DNA of 64,000 bases from an uncultured Treponema sp. (GTDB lineage: Bacteria; Spirochaetota; Spirochaetia; Treponematales; Treponemataceae), in assembly GCA_963539665.1 (NCBI GenBank), contig CAUTOX010000002.1, positions 787 to 64,786 on the forward strand. Direction: 5' to 3'. The translations under genes and the position numbers were made by a program. How positions within the stretch are numbered: the first letter of the stretch is position 1; the number at the start of each line of letters is the position of its first letter. This document shows, piece after piece, positions 10,547 through 21,590 of this stretch. Under the pieces are notes generated by a model. That model worked only from the letters and a program-made list of their open reading frames with translations. It was not told the DNA's origin and ran no database searches.

Positions 10547-12631
10547 TCACACCTTAAACTTGTCTATCTCGTTATCAAGCAGACTAATGCTCTCGCGGTT
10601 TTGGTCGGTGGTCGCTTTGGCGGCGGCAATGGTTTGCTTGATTTGCTCAGTGCCGGAAATGATTGCGCTGACAGCATTCTGGATTCCTTCGGCTGCGGCG
10701 GCAAGGGCGTTCATTTCCTCAGAGGAGGCTTTGCTGTTGTGCATAATGGTAGACGACCCCTCTTTTACTTGAATGGTAATGCTGTTCAAATGCTGGGCGG
10801 TTTCAAGTATTTGGCGGCTGCCAATAATCTGTTCCTTCATGGCGTTCATAATAACCGTTTCCTGCTCTTTGACCGTCAGCGTCAACCCCGCAATCGTATT
10901 GAACTGGCTTTGCAGCATAGAGGCAGTTTCGGCAAGATGGTCGAGCTTTTGCTTGAATACGTTAAGGACATTTGTAATCGTCTTACCTTGAGTGTTCGAC
11001 TCTTCGGCAAGTTTCCGAATTTCGTCTGCAACAACGGCAAATCCTTTGCCCGCTTCTCCCGCATGGGCTGCTTCAATCGCCGCATTCATCGCAAGTAAGT
11101 TCGTTTGACTTGCAATATTCTGAATTACAGTACTCGCTTCCAAGAGGCCTTCCGAATCCTCGTGAATGGTATGCACTGCATCGGCGGCAATCTGGACGTT
11201 CGCAACGCCCGTTTGCGCTTCGGATTCAAGATTCGTAACGGATACAACATTCTTTTCCAAAATCCCATTTACCGAATTGATATTTGCAAACATTTGTTCG
11301 ACGGCGGCGGACGATTCCGACACTTCCGACGTTTGATTTTCAATCTGGATGTTGAGATCGGTAATTCCCTGTAAAATCATGTTGAGCGCCTTCTGCGTTT
11401 CAAGAATACCGGACGACTGGTGAATTATCTGCGTCTTAATATCTTCTATATTAGAAACCATGTGCCCCACTGCATTGCCGCTCTGCTCCATTTCATTAAC
11501 AAGCGCCCGCTCCGTCTGCTTTATGTTCGTCATCTTTTCTTTGACGAGTACGAATGCGCCGCGGATTTGCGCAACTGCAACATTGAACGGCTTTGCAATA
11601 ATGCCCGCCTCGTCGTTTGTTTCTGCAATCGGTTTTGTAAAATCTCCCGTTCCAAAAACCTCAAATCCGGTGAACAGCCGGTTCATCCGGTTGAACAGCT
11701 TATTTACCAGAAACACGTTGCTCGCCATGATACACGCCAAAAATATGAGCGCGAACAGCAGCGGCTTTTTCAGGAGCGTAAAGAAAGTTGGAATAAAATC
11801 AGTTTCCGGCGTCAGCAGAACCATACGGAACGGATAATCATCCATGTGCTTTTCCGCATACAGCATACGTCCTTTATCTGCCGTTTTCCAACAATGGATT
11901 GAATTGATGGAACACGCAAGAGCCGCAGAAGTCTTCACGAACGCCGACAACGGCTGTCCGACAGCCCGTTCATCGGAGGCTAAAACAACGGTATCCGATT
12001 CATCCGCCAGCAGGATCATACTGTTTTTGCTGGGGAGGTTTTCTTTGAGCAGCGCGATCATTTTAGAATAATCGATGCCGACCGTAACAAAGCCGACCGT
12101 TTCATTATTTTCTATCACCAACGTATCAAGCCACAGCGACGGCAGTCCAGTATTATTGTCAATGCCGATATTGTAGGAGATTGCATCTTTATTTTGCAGC
12201 CGCTCAAACAGGCATACATCCGGCGGATTATCCCTTGACATACGCTGTATCTGCATCGGAGAGCCGGCTCTTTTGATGTAATACTCATTTTTGCCTGCGT
12301 GTACAATTCCGACAGCGGAAAAATCCCGCTCGGCAACTTTTTCCATCTTTTGCAACGCCAGTTTTCGGATATTTTCATTTTCCGTTTCTTCAGAAAGCCA
12401 GCGGTGCAGCGCGGGGCCGGAAGCCCATTCTTCCGCAACGGTTACGCCGCGTATCAATGCCTTTTCAAACTCTACATTCGAAAGTTTTATAATGCGCGGC
12501 ATCAAGCTGTATACAAAATCCGCCATACGCTTCCGGCTCGGAATGATACTGACTGCAAGAATAAAGACAGATGCGAGCACCAGCATGAATGAAATAAAAA
12601 TGTTCGAAATACTTCTAATTTGCATAAACAC
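10547..12631 (-). CDS. Methyl-accepting chemotaxis protein
   Basis: Carries the same conserved signalling hairpin ([41 protein letters not shown]). It has an N-terminal TM segment, a periplasmic domain and a second TM segment. Confidence 0.9.
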   Translation of the reverse strand: MFMQIRSISNIFISFMLVLASVFILAVSIIPSRKRMADFVYSLMPRIIKLSNVEFEKALIRGVTVAEEWASGPALHRWLSEETENENIRKLALQKMEKVAERDFSAVGIVHAGKNEYYIKRAGSPMQIQRMSRDNPPDVCLFERLQNKDAISYNIGIDNNTGLPSLWLDTLVIENNETVGFVTVGIDYSKMIALLKENLPSKNSMILLADESDTVVLASDERAVGQPLSAFVKTSAALACSINSIHCWKTADKGRMLYAEKHMDDYPFRMVLLTPETDFIPTFFTLLKKPLLFALIFLACIMASNVFLVNKLFNRMNRLFTGFEVFGTGDFTKPIAETNDEAGIIAKPFNVAVAQIRGAFVLVKEKMTNIKQTERALVNEMEQSGNAVGHMVSNIEDIKTQIIHQSSGILETQKALNMILQGITDLNIQIENQTSEVSESSAAVEQMFANINSVNGILEKNVVSVTNLESEAQTGVANVQIAADAVHTIHEDSEGLLEASTVIQNIASQTNLLAMNAAIEAAHAGEAGKGFAVVADEIRKLAEESNTQGKTITNVLNVFKQKLDHLAETASMLQSQFNTIAGLTLTVKEQETVIMNAMKEQIIGSRQILETAQHLNSITIQVKEGSSTIMHNSKASSEEMNALAAAAEGIQNAVSAIISGTEQIKQTIAAAKATTDQNRESISLLDNEIDKFKV

Positions 12632-12984
12632 ATTCCTAATAAAATCAACTTATTATCTTACGCCTTATTCGGCAAACTGCCGCATAATTTAAGGGCACGA
12701 ATAATAATACTCCATAAAATCTCATTTGTAAGCATTTTTTTTACTGCTCCGGAAACAAGAAAACGCCCGAACAACCGCCTCCTCGTAAAAACTGCGGCTG
12801 CCGTCCAATTGGCGGCAAAACCTTTTCGCGCTCTATTGAAATGAGTTTTTTTACCGATATATATTTTAGGCATTTGAAAAGGTGCAAGGCGCTTCAAATG
12901 CCTAAAATATTTTTAAATGGGCACACGATGCGTGAATAAAAAAACATTTCAAGCGTCTGTAAACTACATTTTCTGGAGCACATC

Positions 12985-15123
12985 ATGGAAACAGCGAACA
13001 CGTATGGCCGCAATTCAGCGGAAAAATCAAAAAAAGTATTTTCTATTACAAAAAAGCTCGTTATTTTTTTCGGCGTTTTGACTTTGGCAAGTTCCTTCAT
13101 GCAGGAACTGCTGGCGGTTCTGTCGGCGCGCAAGGCGGTCATCGAAAAAGTCGAAACGTTTTTTATCGAAAAGGCGGAGGACGTTGCGGAAATCGTTGAC
13201 GGCCGCGCTGATTCCATCTTCCAGTTTGTTGAAGGATTGGCGCGTACGCCTGCGCTCAGCGATCCGAATCTCACGTATGCAGAAAAAACAGAAACGCTTG
13301 CAAAGGCGGCGGCGCTTAACTCTCAAATTGAATATTTCGGCGTGTGCGACTTGCAGGGCAATCAACATGATGCCAAAGGAATAGTCGTAAACATCAGCGA
13401 CAGGGAATGGTTCCGCAGCGCCGCGGCCGGAAAGCGTTTTATCTCCGAACCGATACTGTCACGCAGAACTAACAAGATGCAGATTATCTTTGCCGTACCG
13501 ATTTTGGACGAAAATCGTCAGGTTATCGGCGTTTTGAGCGCAATGGTTCCGGAAAACGGCGCATCGGACATTATAAAAAACATTACAATCGGCACGACGG
13601 GAGAAAGCTACATCGTCGGTTTAACCGGAACCGTCGTCGGGCACAAAGATGAATCATTTGTTAAAAAGCAATACAACCCGATTGAAGAAGCCAAGCGCAA
13701 TAAAGAACTCGAATCATCGGCGCATTTTATTCAATACGCTTTGTCGCATGAGGCGGCGGAAGTTTTAGAATACGACTACAACGGCGATCGGTACATCGCC
13801 TCATTTGCAACAATGAAGAGTACCGGCTGGACGGTGATTATCAAGGCGCCGGTTGATGAATTCATGGGAGCGGTAAACCGCCTGCGCGTTTCGATGTTCG
13901 TTATGGGCAGCATCATTATGGCGATTGTGCTTGTACTGGTATACTTTGTAGCGGATAAAATCGCAAAGCCGCTCCGCGTGGCGGTCGATGCGCTCAAAAA
14001 CATTGCGCAGGGCGAAGGCGATTTGACGGTCCGTCTTGCCGTTGAAACGCAGGACGAAATCGGACTTATGTCAGAATACTTTAATCAAACAATTGAAAAA
14101 ATCGCCCATTCAATGCGCTCTGTCAACCAAAACGTCGGCATTATGGAAAGTATCGGAACAGACCTTGCAAGCAATATGTCCAATACGGCCAGCGCAATAA
14201 ATGAAATCAGTTCGAACATCGACGGCGTAAAGCAGCAAGCAATCTCGCAAAGCGCGAGCGTTACCCAGACGGCTGCAACAATCGGCGAAATCATGACGAC
14301 AATTCGCCAGCTTAACAGCAGCATAGAAAATCAATCGGCAAGCGTTACCGAATCATCGGCGGCGGTTGAAGAAATGGTTGCAAACATCGCTTCAATCACG
14401 CAGACAATCGAAAAAACAAACGATGCAATTAAAAGCCTTGCGTCCGCCACAGAAAACGGCCGGAAAACCGTTAATGATTCCGCCCGCATTACGCTTCAGG
14501 TTGAAGAGGAATCCGGCAGTTTGCTTGAAGCAAGCAGCGTTATCGAAAACATCGCAAGCCAGACGAACCTGCTAGCGATGAATGCGGCAATCGAAGCAGC
14601 GCACGCAGGAGAAGCGGGAAAAGGCTTTGCCGTCGTTGCCGATGAAATCCGGAAACTTGCCGAAGAATCTTCCGTACAGGGCAAACGCATCACCGCAACG
14701 CTCAAAAATTTGAGCGGAGAAATTGACACGCTGTCCAAATCGTCCGCCGCCGCAGACAAAGATTTTGAAAGCATTTACAAACTTGCCGAAGATGTCAAAG
14801 ACATGAGCGCACGTTTGATGTCCGCGATGGTTGAACAGGAAAACGGCAGTAAGGAAGTGCTTGCGGCAATCCGTACAATCAGCACGGTTACGATGGAAGT
14901 AAACGACGGGTCGGCAAAGATGCTGCAGGGAAGCAAGCAAGTTGCCGGAGAAATGCAAAAACTCGGAGATTTAACGAGCGTCATCACCGAAAGCATGAAT
15001 GAAATGTCAATCGGCGCAGCTCAAATAAATAATGCGATGCAGGAAGTAAACGAAAGCTCGCAGAAAAATAAAGAAAGCATCGAAACGCTTGCTTCCGAAG
15101 TAAAAAATTTCAAATTGGAATAG
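12985..15123 (+). CDS. Methyl-accepting chemotaxis protein (Cache-type sensor), paralog of 7817..9934
   Basis: HAMP segment [22 protein letters not shown] and the conserved MCP hairpin. Overall collinear with the 7817..9934 product. Confidence 0.9.
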   Translation: METANTYGRNSAEKSKKVFSITKKLVIFFGVLTLASSFMQELLAVLSARKAVIEKVETFFIEKAEDVAEIVDGRADSIFQFVEGLARTPALSDPNLTYAEKTETLAKAAALNSQIEYFGVCDLQGNQHDAKGIVVNISDREWFRSAAAGKRFISEPILSRRTNKMQIIFAVPILDENRQVIGVLSAMVPENGASDIIKNITIGTTGESYIVGLTGTVVGHKDESFVKKQYNPIEEAKRNKELESSAHFIQYALSHEAAEVLEYDYNGDRYIASFATMKSTGWTVIIKAPVDEFMGAVNRLRVSMFVMGSIIMAIVLVLVYFVADKIAKPLRVAVDALKNIAQGEGDLTVRLAVETQDEIGLMSEYFNQTIEKIAHSMRSVNQNVGIMESIGTDLASNMSNTASAINEISSNIDGVKQQAISQSASVTQTAATIGEIMTTIRQLNSSIENQSASVTESSAAVEEMVANIASITQTIEKTNDAIKSLASATENGRKTVNDSARITLQVEEESGSLLEASSVIENIASQTNLLAMNAAIEAAHAGEAGKGFAVVADEIRKLAEESSVQGKRITATLKNLSGEIDTLSKSSAAADKDFESIYKLAEDVKDMSARLMSAMVEQENGSKEVLAAIRTISTVTMEVNDGSAKMLQGSKQVAGEMQKLGDLTSVITESMNEMSIGAAQINNAMQEVNESSQKNKESIETLASEVKNFKLE

Positions 15124-15129
15124 CAGACT

Positions 15130-15785
15130 AACGCGCTCCCAACATCCCGACCGCCAAAGCTTTTTGCCGTTAGGCAAAAGCGTCGCGGACGGCACGACCA
15201 CTAAAACAGAACGCGGCATCTTCCGCCGTCTGCGGCCTTCTGTCCGCCCAACCGCGCCAGCATACCGACTATCGTAGCGTTTTGCCGTAGGCAAAAGGCG
15301 TCGCGGACGGTACGTCCACTAAATGTTCAACAAGGCTCCTACCGCCGTCTGCGACCTTCTGTCCGCCCAATCACGCCAGCATACCGGCCATCGCAGCGTT
15401 TTGCCGCAGGCAAAAGGCTACGCGGCTGGTACGTCCCCTAAATGTTGAACGCGGCGCCTACCGCCATCCGCAAGGCACTACCATCAACCAGCTTGCCTAC
15501 AGGCAAACTAGTCGCGGACGGCACGACCACTAAAACAGAACGCGGCATCTTCCGCCGTCTGCGGCCTTCTGTCCGCCCAACCGCGCCAGCATACCGACTA
15601 TCGTAGCGTTTTGCCGTAGGCAAAAGGCGTCGCGGACGGTACGTCCACTAAATGTTCAACAAGGCTCCTACCGCCGTCTGCGACCTTCTGTCCGCCCAAT
15701 CACGCCAGCATACCGGCCATCGCAGCGTTTTGCCGTTAGGCAAAAGGCATCACGGACGGCACGACCACTAAAACAGAACGTGGCG
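15130..15785. repeat. Cluster of about 6 hairpin-bearing intergenic repeat units (about 95-120 bp) with a 329-bp higher-order period
   Basis: GTTTTGCCGTAGGCAAAA and GGACGGTACGTCC hairpins recur. The segment at about 15174-15405 is repeated at about 15503-15735. ORF-track entries 15007..15294 and 15438..15623 share an identical N-terminus at an offset of 329. Confidence 0.85.
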
Positions 15786-15843
15786 CCTACCGCCGTCCGC
15801 CACCGCTCAAAATTCTCCAAGTCGGAGATTCGGCTAAAAGAGC

Positions 15844-15881
15844 TAAAACCTGCTCGGAAACAAGGACATCGAACAGGTTTA
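15844..15881. mobile_element. Minimal MITE-like element (paired termini only) just downstream of the clpB stop
   Basis: TAAAACCTGCTCGGAAAC..CATCGAACAGGTTTA resembles the termini of the 52712-52835 element. Confidence 0.4.
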
Positions 15882-15886
15882 TTTTA

Positions 15887-18478
15887 TCAATCGAAGGCAA
15901 GACTGCCGCCATCGGAAGCAACGCGCACTTGTATTTCGGAGCCGTCGGCATATTTGCCTTGCAACAGCTCTTTTGAAAGCGGATTTTCAATAAAGGCTTG
16001 CACCGCGCGCTTAATCGGCCGCGCCCCGAACGCCGGATCGTATCCCTTTTCCGCAATAAAATGCACCGCACCATCGTCAACGCGCAGTTTTATCCTCCGG
16101 TCGGTAAGCCGCGATGCAACGCGCTCCAACTGAATTCTCACAATTCCTTCGATGCAGCTCCGGTCAAGATGGCGGAACAATACCGTTTCGTCAATTCGAT
16201 TTAAGAATTCAGGACGGAACGTCGCCTTTAGCAGCGCATTAACCCGTTCCCGCGCGGCATCCATCTTTTCGTCAGTGTCCGCTTCGAGAATCTCCGCGCT
16301 GCCAATATTGCTCGTCATGATGATGATTGCGTTCTTAAAATCGACCGTGCGCCCCTGCCCGTCGGTAAGTCTGCCGTCATCAAGGACTTGCAAGAGGACA
16401 TTGAACACATCCGTATGCGCCTTTTCAATTTCGTCGAACAAAATAACGCTGTACGGCCGCCTTCGCACCGCTTCCGTCAGCTGCCCGCCTTCGTCATAGC
16501 CCACGTAGCCGGGCGGCGCTCCAATCAGGCGCGTTACACTGAATTTCTCCATATATTCGGACATATCGATGCGCGTCAGGGCTTTTTCGTCATTAAACAG
16601 AAAATCGGCGAGCGTTTTCGCAAGTTCGGTTTTTCCAACGCCCGTCGGCCCAATAAACAGGAAGCTGCCGACCGGTCTGTTCGGATCGCTTAAACCGGAA
16701 CGGTTCCGCCGAATTGCGTCGGAGACCACTTGCACCGCCTCTTCCTGCCCAATAACCCGCCGATGCAGCACGGATTCAAGCTCAAGGTACTTTTGCTTTT
16801 CTCCCGCAAGCATTTTTGCCACCGGAATGCCCGTCCACGTGCTGACAACACGCGCAACATCTTCTTCCGTAACCTCTTGCCGAAGGAGTGATGCGCGGCT
16901 TGAGCCGGATTCCGGCTGATTTTCGTTCGCCGCAGCCGCAAGCTGTTTTTCAAGCGTCGGGATTTTGTCGTATTTTAATTCCGCCGCCTTTGCAAGATTA
17001 CCTTCCCGCGTGAATTTTTCCATCTCAAAGCGCGCCTGCTCCAGCTCCTCTTTGACTTTGCGGCTCCGGTCAATCTCAGACTTTTCATTTTGCCATTGCA
17101 GCTTCATCGCGTCCCGTTTAGACGAAATTTCGGCAAGTTCCTTTTCGAGTTTTGCAAGCCGATCTTTCGAAGCCGCATCGTCTTCTTTCGACAGCGACTG
17201 CCGTTCAATCGAAAGCTGCAAAAGTTTCCGCTCAAGCTGATCCAGCTCGGTCGGCTGACTTTCAATTTCCATTTTGAGCCGACTGGCAGCCTCGTCTACA
17301 AGGTCAATCGCCTTGTCCGGCATAAAGCGGTTCGTGATATAGCGGCTGCTGAGCGTTGCTGCGGCCACCAACGCCTCATCATTGATGTGTACGCCGTGGT
17401 GAATCTCGTATTTTTCGCGAAGGCCGCGCAGAATGGCAATCGTATCGCCAACAGACGGTTCATCGCAATACACTTGCTGAAAACGCCGTTCAAGCGCCGG
17501 ATCCTTTTCAATGTACTTGCGGTATTCATCGAGCGTTGTAGCTCCGATGGCGCGCAGCGAACCGCGCGCAAGAGCCGGCTTTAACAGATTCGAGGCATCC
17601 ATCGCGCCGCCTTCGGTTGCGCCTGCGCGTACAATCGTGTGCAGCTCGTCGATGAACAGGATAATCCGGCCTTCGGACTTTTCGACTTCACTGACAACCG
17701 CCTTGAGCCGCTCCTCGAATTCGCCGCGGAATTTTGCGCCGGCAACCAAAGCGCCCAAATCAAGCGAAAGCAGCCGCTTATTTTTCAGGCTTTCCGGCAC
17801 GTCGCCAGAGGCGATGCGGCGGGCAAGACCTTCAACAACGGCAGTTTTCCCAACGCCCGGTTCACCGATGAGCACAGGATTATTCTTTGTGCGGCGGCAA
17901 AGCACCTGCATAACGCGGCGGATTTCTTCATCGCGCCCAATAACAGGATCAATTTTATCTTGGCGGGCAGCGGCGGTAAGATCCCGCGTGTATTTTTCGA
18001 GCGAGCGCATGGAGCTTTCAGGATCCTGCGAATCGATTTGCACGTTGCCCCGCACGGATTTAAGCGCTTCCAACACCGTTTTATTGGTTATCCCGTTTGA
18101 TTGCAGCAGTTCTTCCGTCCGTCCGCCGCTTTCCGTCATGGCGAGCAAAACGTGTTCGGTCGAAAGATACTGGTCTTTGAGCGCCGCCATGTGCGTTTCC
18201 GCTTTTGCAAGAACCTTCTGCGCTTCATTGGAAAGGCGCATCTGCGTGTTTCCCGTTACTTTCGGATATTCTTTCAGCCGTTCTTCAAGCTGTTTCGCCA
18301 GCGATGCGACATTGCCCCCAATCCGCTCGATCACCGGCGGAACAATCCCGTCTTCCTGAGCCAGCAACGCCAGCAGCAAATGCTCAAGTCCTATTTCACT
18401 GTGATCGTTTTTTTGTGCAAGCGCACTCGCATTTTGCAGCGCATCTTGCAATTTGAGTGTAAAGTGTTCGTAGTCCAT
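15887..18478 (-). CDS. clpB: ATP-dependent chaperone ClpB
   Basis: 863 aa. Contains a Clp_N repeat, two AAA+ modules (GEPGVGKT and GPTGVGKT) and a long coiled-coil middle domain between them. Confidence 0.95.
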   Translation of the reverse strand: MDYEHFTLKLQDALQNASALAQKNDHSEIGLEHLLLALLAQEDGIVPPVIERIGGNVASLAKQLEERLKEYPKVTGNTQMRLSNEAQKVLAKAETHMAALKDQYLSTEHVLLAMTESGGRTEELLQSNGITNKTVLEALKSVRGNVQIDSQDPESSMRSLEKYTRDLTAAARQDKIDPVIGRDEEIRRVMQVLCRRTKNNPVLIGEPGVGKTAVVEGLARRIASGDVPESLKNKRLLSLDLGALVAGAKFRGEFEERLKAVVSEVEKSEGRIILFIDELHTIVRAGATEGGAMDASNLLKPALARGSLRAIGATTLDEYRKYIEKDPALERRFQQVYCDEPSVGDTIAILRGLREKYEIHHGVHINDEALVAAATLSSRYITNRFMPDKAIDLVDEAASRLKMEIESQPTELDQLERKLLQLSIERQSLSKEDDAASKDRLAKLEKELAEISSKRDAMKLQWQNEKSEIDRSRKVKEELEQARFEMEKFTREGNLAKAAELKYDKIPTLEKQLAAAANENQPESGSSRASLLRQEVTEEDVARVVSTWTGIPVAKMLAGEKQKYLELESVLHRRVIGQEEAVQVVSDAIRRNRSGLSDPNRPVGSFLFIGPTGVGKTELAKTLADFLFNDEKALTRIDMSEYMEKFSVTRLIGAPPGYVGYDEGGQLTEAVRRRPYSVILFDEIEKAHTDVFNVLLQVLDDGRLTDGQGRTVDFKNAIIIMTSNIGSAEILEADTDEKMDAARERVNALLKATFRPEFLNRIDETVLFRHLDRSCIEGIVRIQLERVASRLTDRRIKLRVDDGAVHFIAEKGYDPAFGARPIKRAVQAFIENPLSKELLQGKYADGSEIQVRVASDGGSLAFD

Positions 18479-18605
18479 GCCTCTAAAATAAACATGGAAA
18501 AGCAGCGAATCAAATTTTATTTATCGAATGCCTGCGTGCCGAATACCCGTAAAGCAACCGTTCCGGCAAGCGGGAGTAAGCTGCACGCCGCTCAGTCCGC
18601 TGCAT

Positions 18606-19345
18606 TTACGCTCCCGAATCGTCCGGCTGCCCGAATTCGCACAGGGCCTTTCCGATCCGCGCGTGTTCAATAAGCTCAAGGTCTTTGCGTAAACATTTGT
18701 AAAGTCGAATTTCGCCTGTGCCGTCCCCGCCTGTAATCAACTTCATGAGCTTGCGGCCGCCTTCCTGATATTCAATATTCCGCACAAAAGCGCTCCACGT
18801 GTGTTTTATGGAGGTGTATTCCGGCAAATACGGCGGTAGAAAAATCAAGGTCTGCGAGTATTTTTTGCAATTTGATACAAGGCCTCTTTCTTGTGAAAAG
18901 CAGCATTGTCCATGATGATGACATGCCCTTTCGGTAAACAGCGCAGGAGTTTGTTTTCAAACCACTTTTCGAACACCAACGCCTTCATCCTTCCGCTGTA
19001 GATGCGCGGAGCAAACAAAACTCCTGCACATTGTACCGCAACCAGCCCAATTCGAGCATGACGCTTGCCGCTGATGCGAATATTGACGCGCTTTCTGCGT
19101 TTACTACGCGCATATTGGCGGTACACCTGCGTCTAAATTCCTGTTCCATCTATGATAGACGAGTTTTTCATTGGAAAACTCTTTGATTTTTTCCAAATAT
19201 GCCTCTACTTGTTTGGGAGCTTACTCTTTGCAGAATGAGCTCGTTTTTCGCGAAACCTGAGTTTTCTCAGTCGTTTCAGCACGGAAGATTGATGACTGCC
19301 GAAATATTCTGCAATTTCTTTTAAGTAGGCATAAGGATGCGCTTC
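18606..19345 (-). pseudogene. IS630/Tc1-mariner family transposase, decayed (frameshifts, in-frame stop, 5' truncation)
   Basis: The fragments ...YLKEIAEYFGSHQSSVLKRL..., ...LVY(I)DGTGI*..., ...GHVIIMDNAAFHKK... and ...FLPPYLPEYTSIKHTWSAF... sit in different frames. Together they give the DDE_3 pattern (DNAxxH ... LPPYSPxxNxIE). Confidence 0.7.
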
Positions 19346-19349
19346 TATT

Positions 19350-19403
19350 GTGCTATTTGTGCGATTTAGAACTCGTAAACCTGTTCGATGTTGTCAAACA
19401 GGG
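19350..19403. mobile_element. Partial copy of the TAGACCTGTTCG-type MITE, abutting the truncated IS630 5' end
   Basis: GTGCTATTTGTGCGATTTAGAACTCGTAAACCTGTTCGAT matches the central and right parts of the full copy at 52712-52835. Confidence 0.6.
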
Positions 19404-19540
19404 CATGTTTTCGGGAATGACTTTCTTATTAATCAGACAGCGGATTTTTGTTTTTACGTCGCCGCTTGCAGAGTTGGCTTGAACAAAACGCGTGATTTCT
19501 ACTATAGGTCTATTCAGGATTTCGCTGCCAAACAGATTTA

Positions 19541-20077
19541 TTATTTTCCTAACGCTTCGGCAATTTTGTTGATTAAATCTTTTGACGGGCGGAACATTTG
19601 CGTCGTTCCGTCATCAAGCGTAATTTCCAAAAGCGCACTGTTATCACGTAGAGCAGAAAGCACGTTTTCCACAGCATCTTGAGAAAGGAGTGTCGCCGTG
19701 CGGACAAAACCGCGTTTGGCATTTTTATCAAGCGTTTTAATGTCAGTGAGTTCTGCGCTTACTCCGAAAGACAAGACAAAACGCGCCCGTTCAACAAACG
19801 CATCGTTTTTCGAGTAAAGCGTAAAGTTCGTGTAGGCAGGCGAAACGTAATCGCGGTTTTTCATACGGTACGTAAAATCAATCGCAACGGAAGATTTTTC
19901 CTGCGGGGCTGCGGCAGGCATCGCGGACGGCCTGATGTAGTGCTTTAAAGTCCCGTCTTCCATAAAGACCGTCATCACTTTGCTGCTGTCTGATGAGCGG
20001 CTCAGCGTCGCGCAGGAAACAAATACAAGCAGTGATACAAACACAAATACGATTTTTTTCAATAAAGCGCTCATCAA
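19541..20077 (-). CDS. Hypothetical lipoprotein
   Basis: 178-aa ORF with a signal peptide and lipobox (LLVFVSC). No recognisable domain. Confidence 0.55.
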   Translation of the reverse strand: MMSALLKKIVFVFVSLLVFVSCATLSRSSDSSKVMTVFMEDGTLKHYIRPSAMPAAAPQEKSSVAIDFTYRMKNRDYVSPAYTNFTLYSKNDAFVERARFVLSFGVSAELTDIKTLDKNAKRGFVRTATLLSQDAVENVLSALRDNSALLEITLDDGTTQMFRPSKDLINKIAEALGK

Positions 20078-20104
20078 TAAACCTCATATTTGGAATTGGA
20101 TATA

Positions 20105-20137
20105 CAAACACAAATGCCCGAATAAAAATATTCGGGC
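20105..20137 (-). terminator. Candidate rho-independent terminator after the small lipoprotein gene
   Basis: GCCCGAATA / TATTCGGGC stem (20116-20137). On the minus strand it is followed by the T-rich ATTTGTGTTTGT. Confidence 0.45.
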
Positions 20138-20163
20138 GTTGCTATTCATCCTAACCGCGCGTC

Positions 20164-20451
20164 TTACTCGCCGGAAACAACCGTTGTTACAACCATGTAT
20201 GGAATGAGGGGGCTTGCCGGATAGTCAACCCGGACATCTACCGTTCCAACATTCGTAATACCGCCATTTTTGGCAGCCTGATAGACACCGCCTTCACCTT
20301 TAAGCGGCAAGCCTCCAAAGAACGCCTGTTTTGCTTCGCCGGTTTTTGCGCCGACTTTGCCGGTTGCGCCAGCGACAGGGCTTACGGTTGTGCAAGAAGC
20401 AAGCATCAATGCCGCTGCTCCTGCAAGTAATACGGTTGCGATTTTTTTCAT
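20164..20451 (-). CDS. Small secreted lipoprotein (TRL-like, glycine-rich)
   Basis: 95 aa. Signal peptide plus lipobox MLASC. Strong RBS AAGGAAGG upstream. Confidence 0.65.
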   Translation of the reverse strand: MKKIATVLLAGAAALMLASCTTVSPVAGATGKVGAKTGEAKQAFFGGLPLKGEGGVYQAAKNGGITNVGTVDVRVDYPASPLIPYMVVTTVVSGE

Positions 20452-20542
20452 GATCGACCTTCCTTAATTCCGCAACTTTTATTGCGGATAGTTTTATTGA
20501 GCGGCACACATCAGTTGAGTAATCAACTACCAGTCAATACCA

Positions 20543-20572
20543 ATTGATTGATTGATTGATTGATTGATTGAT
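20543..20572. repeat. Tetranucleotide microsatellite (ATTG)7, read as (CAAT)7 on the lipoprotein-gene strand
   Basis: Seven perfect ATTG units at 20543-20570, 92 bp upstream of the start codon at 20451. Confidence 0.95.
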
Positions 20573-20775
20573 CCGCTCTGGCTTATGAAGCGTATCCCGA
20601 CGGGATCGTTATTTCATTGACCGTACTATAGCGCATTTTCACATGAGGGACAAGAGGCGCACGGAAATAATTTTTTTTCAAAATTCATTTCCGTGCAGGG
20701 GCGGAGCCTTTCTACGAAAAAAAAACTTTACACTCCCCACGTGCATTCGATGCCGTCAGTCATGCTGCCACCTTC

Positions 20776-21365
20776 CGGCGTATCTCGCCGCCTATCGTGC
20801 CATCCCGTCAATCTTCCGCCCGCACGGACAGTGCGGCCCCGCAAATGATGACAGTACATTGCTCATCGATGACATATCGTACAAGCCGCCTGACGTAAAA
20901 TCATGCCCGCCGCCATTTTCTTCACAGCCGCCGCACATTCCACGAGGACGCACGGAATACGGAAAATCTACCGCGTCGCCTACTTGCATTTGGCACCGCC
21001 AGCCGCGCAGCCCTTCCAGCAGAGCCTCGCACAAGACACCGGCGTATCTCGCCGCCTATCGCGCCATCCCGTCAATCGTCCGCCCGCATGGACAGGGCTA
21101 TCCCGCAAATGATGACAGTACATTGCTCATCGATGACATATCGTACAAGCCGCCTGACGTAAAATCATGCCCGCCGCCATTTTCTTCACAGCCGCCGCAC
21201 ATTCCACGAGGACGCACGGAATACGGAAAATCTACCGCGCCGCCTACTTGCATGTGGCACCGTCAGTCACGCTGCCACCTTCCGGCGCATCTCGCCGTTC
21301 GTCGTCTTATCCAGTCAATCTTCCGCCCAAACGGACAGTGCGGCCCCGCAAATGATGACATCGCG
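20776..21365. repeat. Tandem repeat, 264-bp unit, about 2.2 copies
   Basis: GGCGTATCTCGCCGCCTATCG...GATGACAGTACATTGCTCATCGATGACATATCGTACAAGCCGCC recurs at an offset of 264. ORF-track entries 20903 and 21167 have identical N-termini. Confidence 0.85.
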
Positions 21366-21551
21366 CCGCTCTTTGCTGGCATTCAACGTGTCGCCGGCTC
21401 GCCATCAACCGCCCTATCCGGCAATCCTGTCATTCATAGATGCCGCCCATGACCGCGCTTCTGCTTGCACTGCCGTCCCTGCCCAGACCGAATTGCAGGC
21501 TGTCGACCGCGGACACGCGGTATGGGGAAGCGGGGCAAATTTGCCCATTCA

Positions 21552-21581
21552 TTGACAGCAGCAAAAGTTCTTCTATATAAT
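21552..21581 (+). promoter_or_regulatory. Candidate sigma70-type promoter of ptsI
   Basis: TTGACA (21552-21557), an 18-nt spacer, TATAAT (21576-21581). The ptsI ATG is at 21591. Confidence 0.35.
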
Positions 21582-21590
21582 GCCGCAATT

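Noticed and set aside
17511-18359. Long antisense or alternative-frame ORFs inside bona fide genes. Examples: 17511..18359 in clpB, 37797..38798 in pfkA, 21795..22568 in ptsI, 6853..7827 opposite the OmpA-family gene, 35286..36047, 54146..54931, 25942..26691 and 31756..32403.
   Set aside because: These are shadow ORFs opposite or out of frame with genes that have strong motif support. Their translations are Arg/Ser/Pro-rich with no motifs.
20643-21452. The 269-aa ORF as a proline-rich repeat protein.
   Set aside because: It coincides exactly with the 264-bp tandem repeat and has competing ORFs in other frames and on the other strand. It has no RBS, signal peptide or domain.
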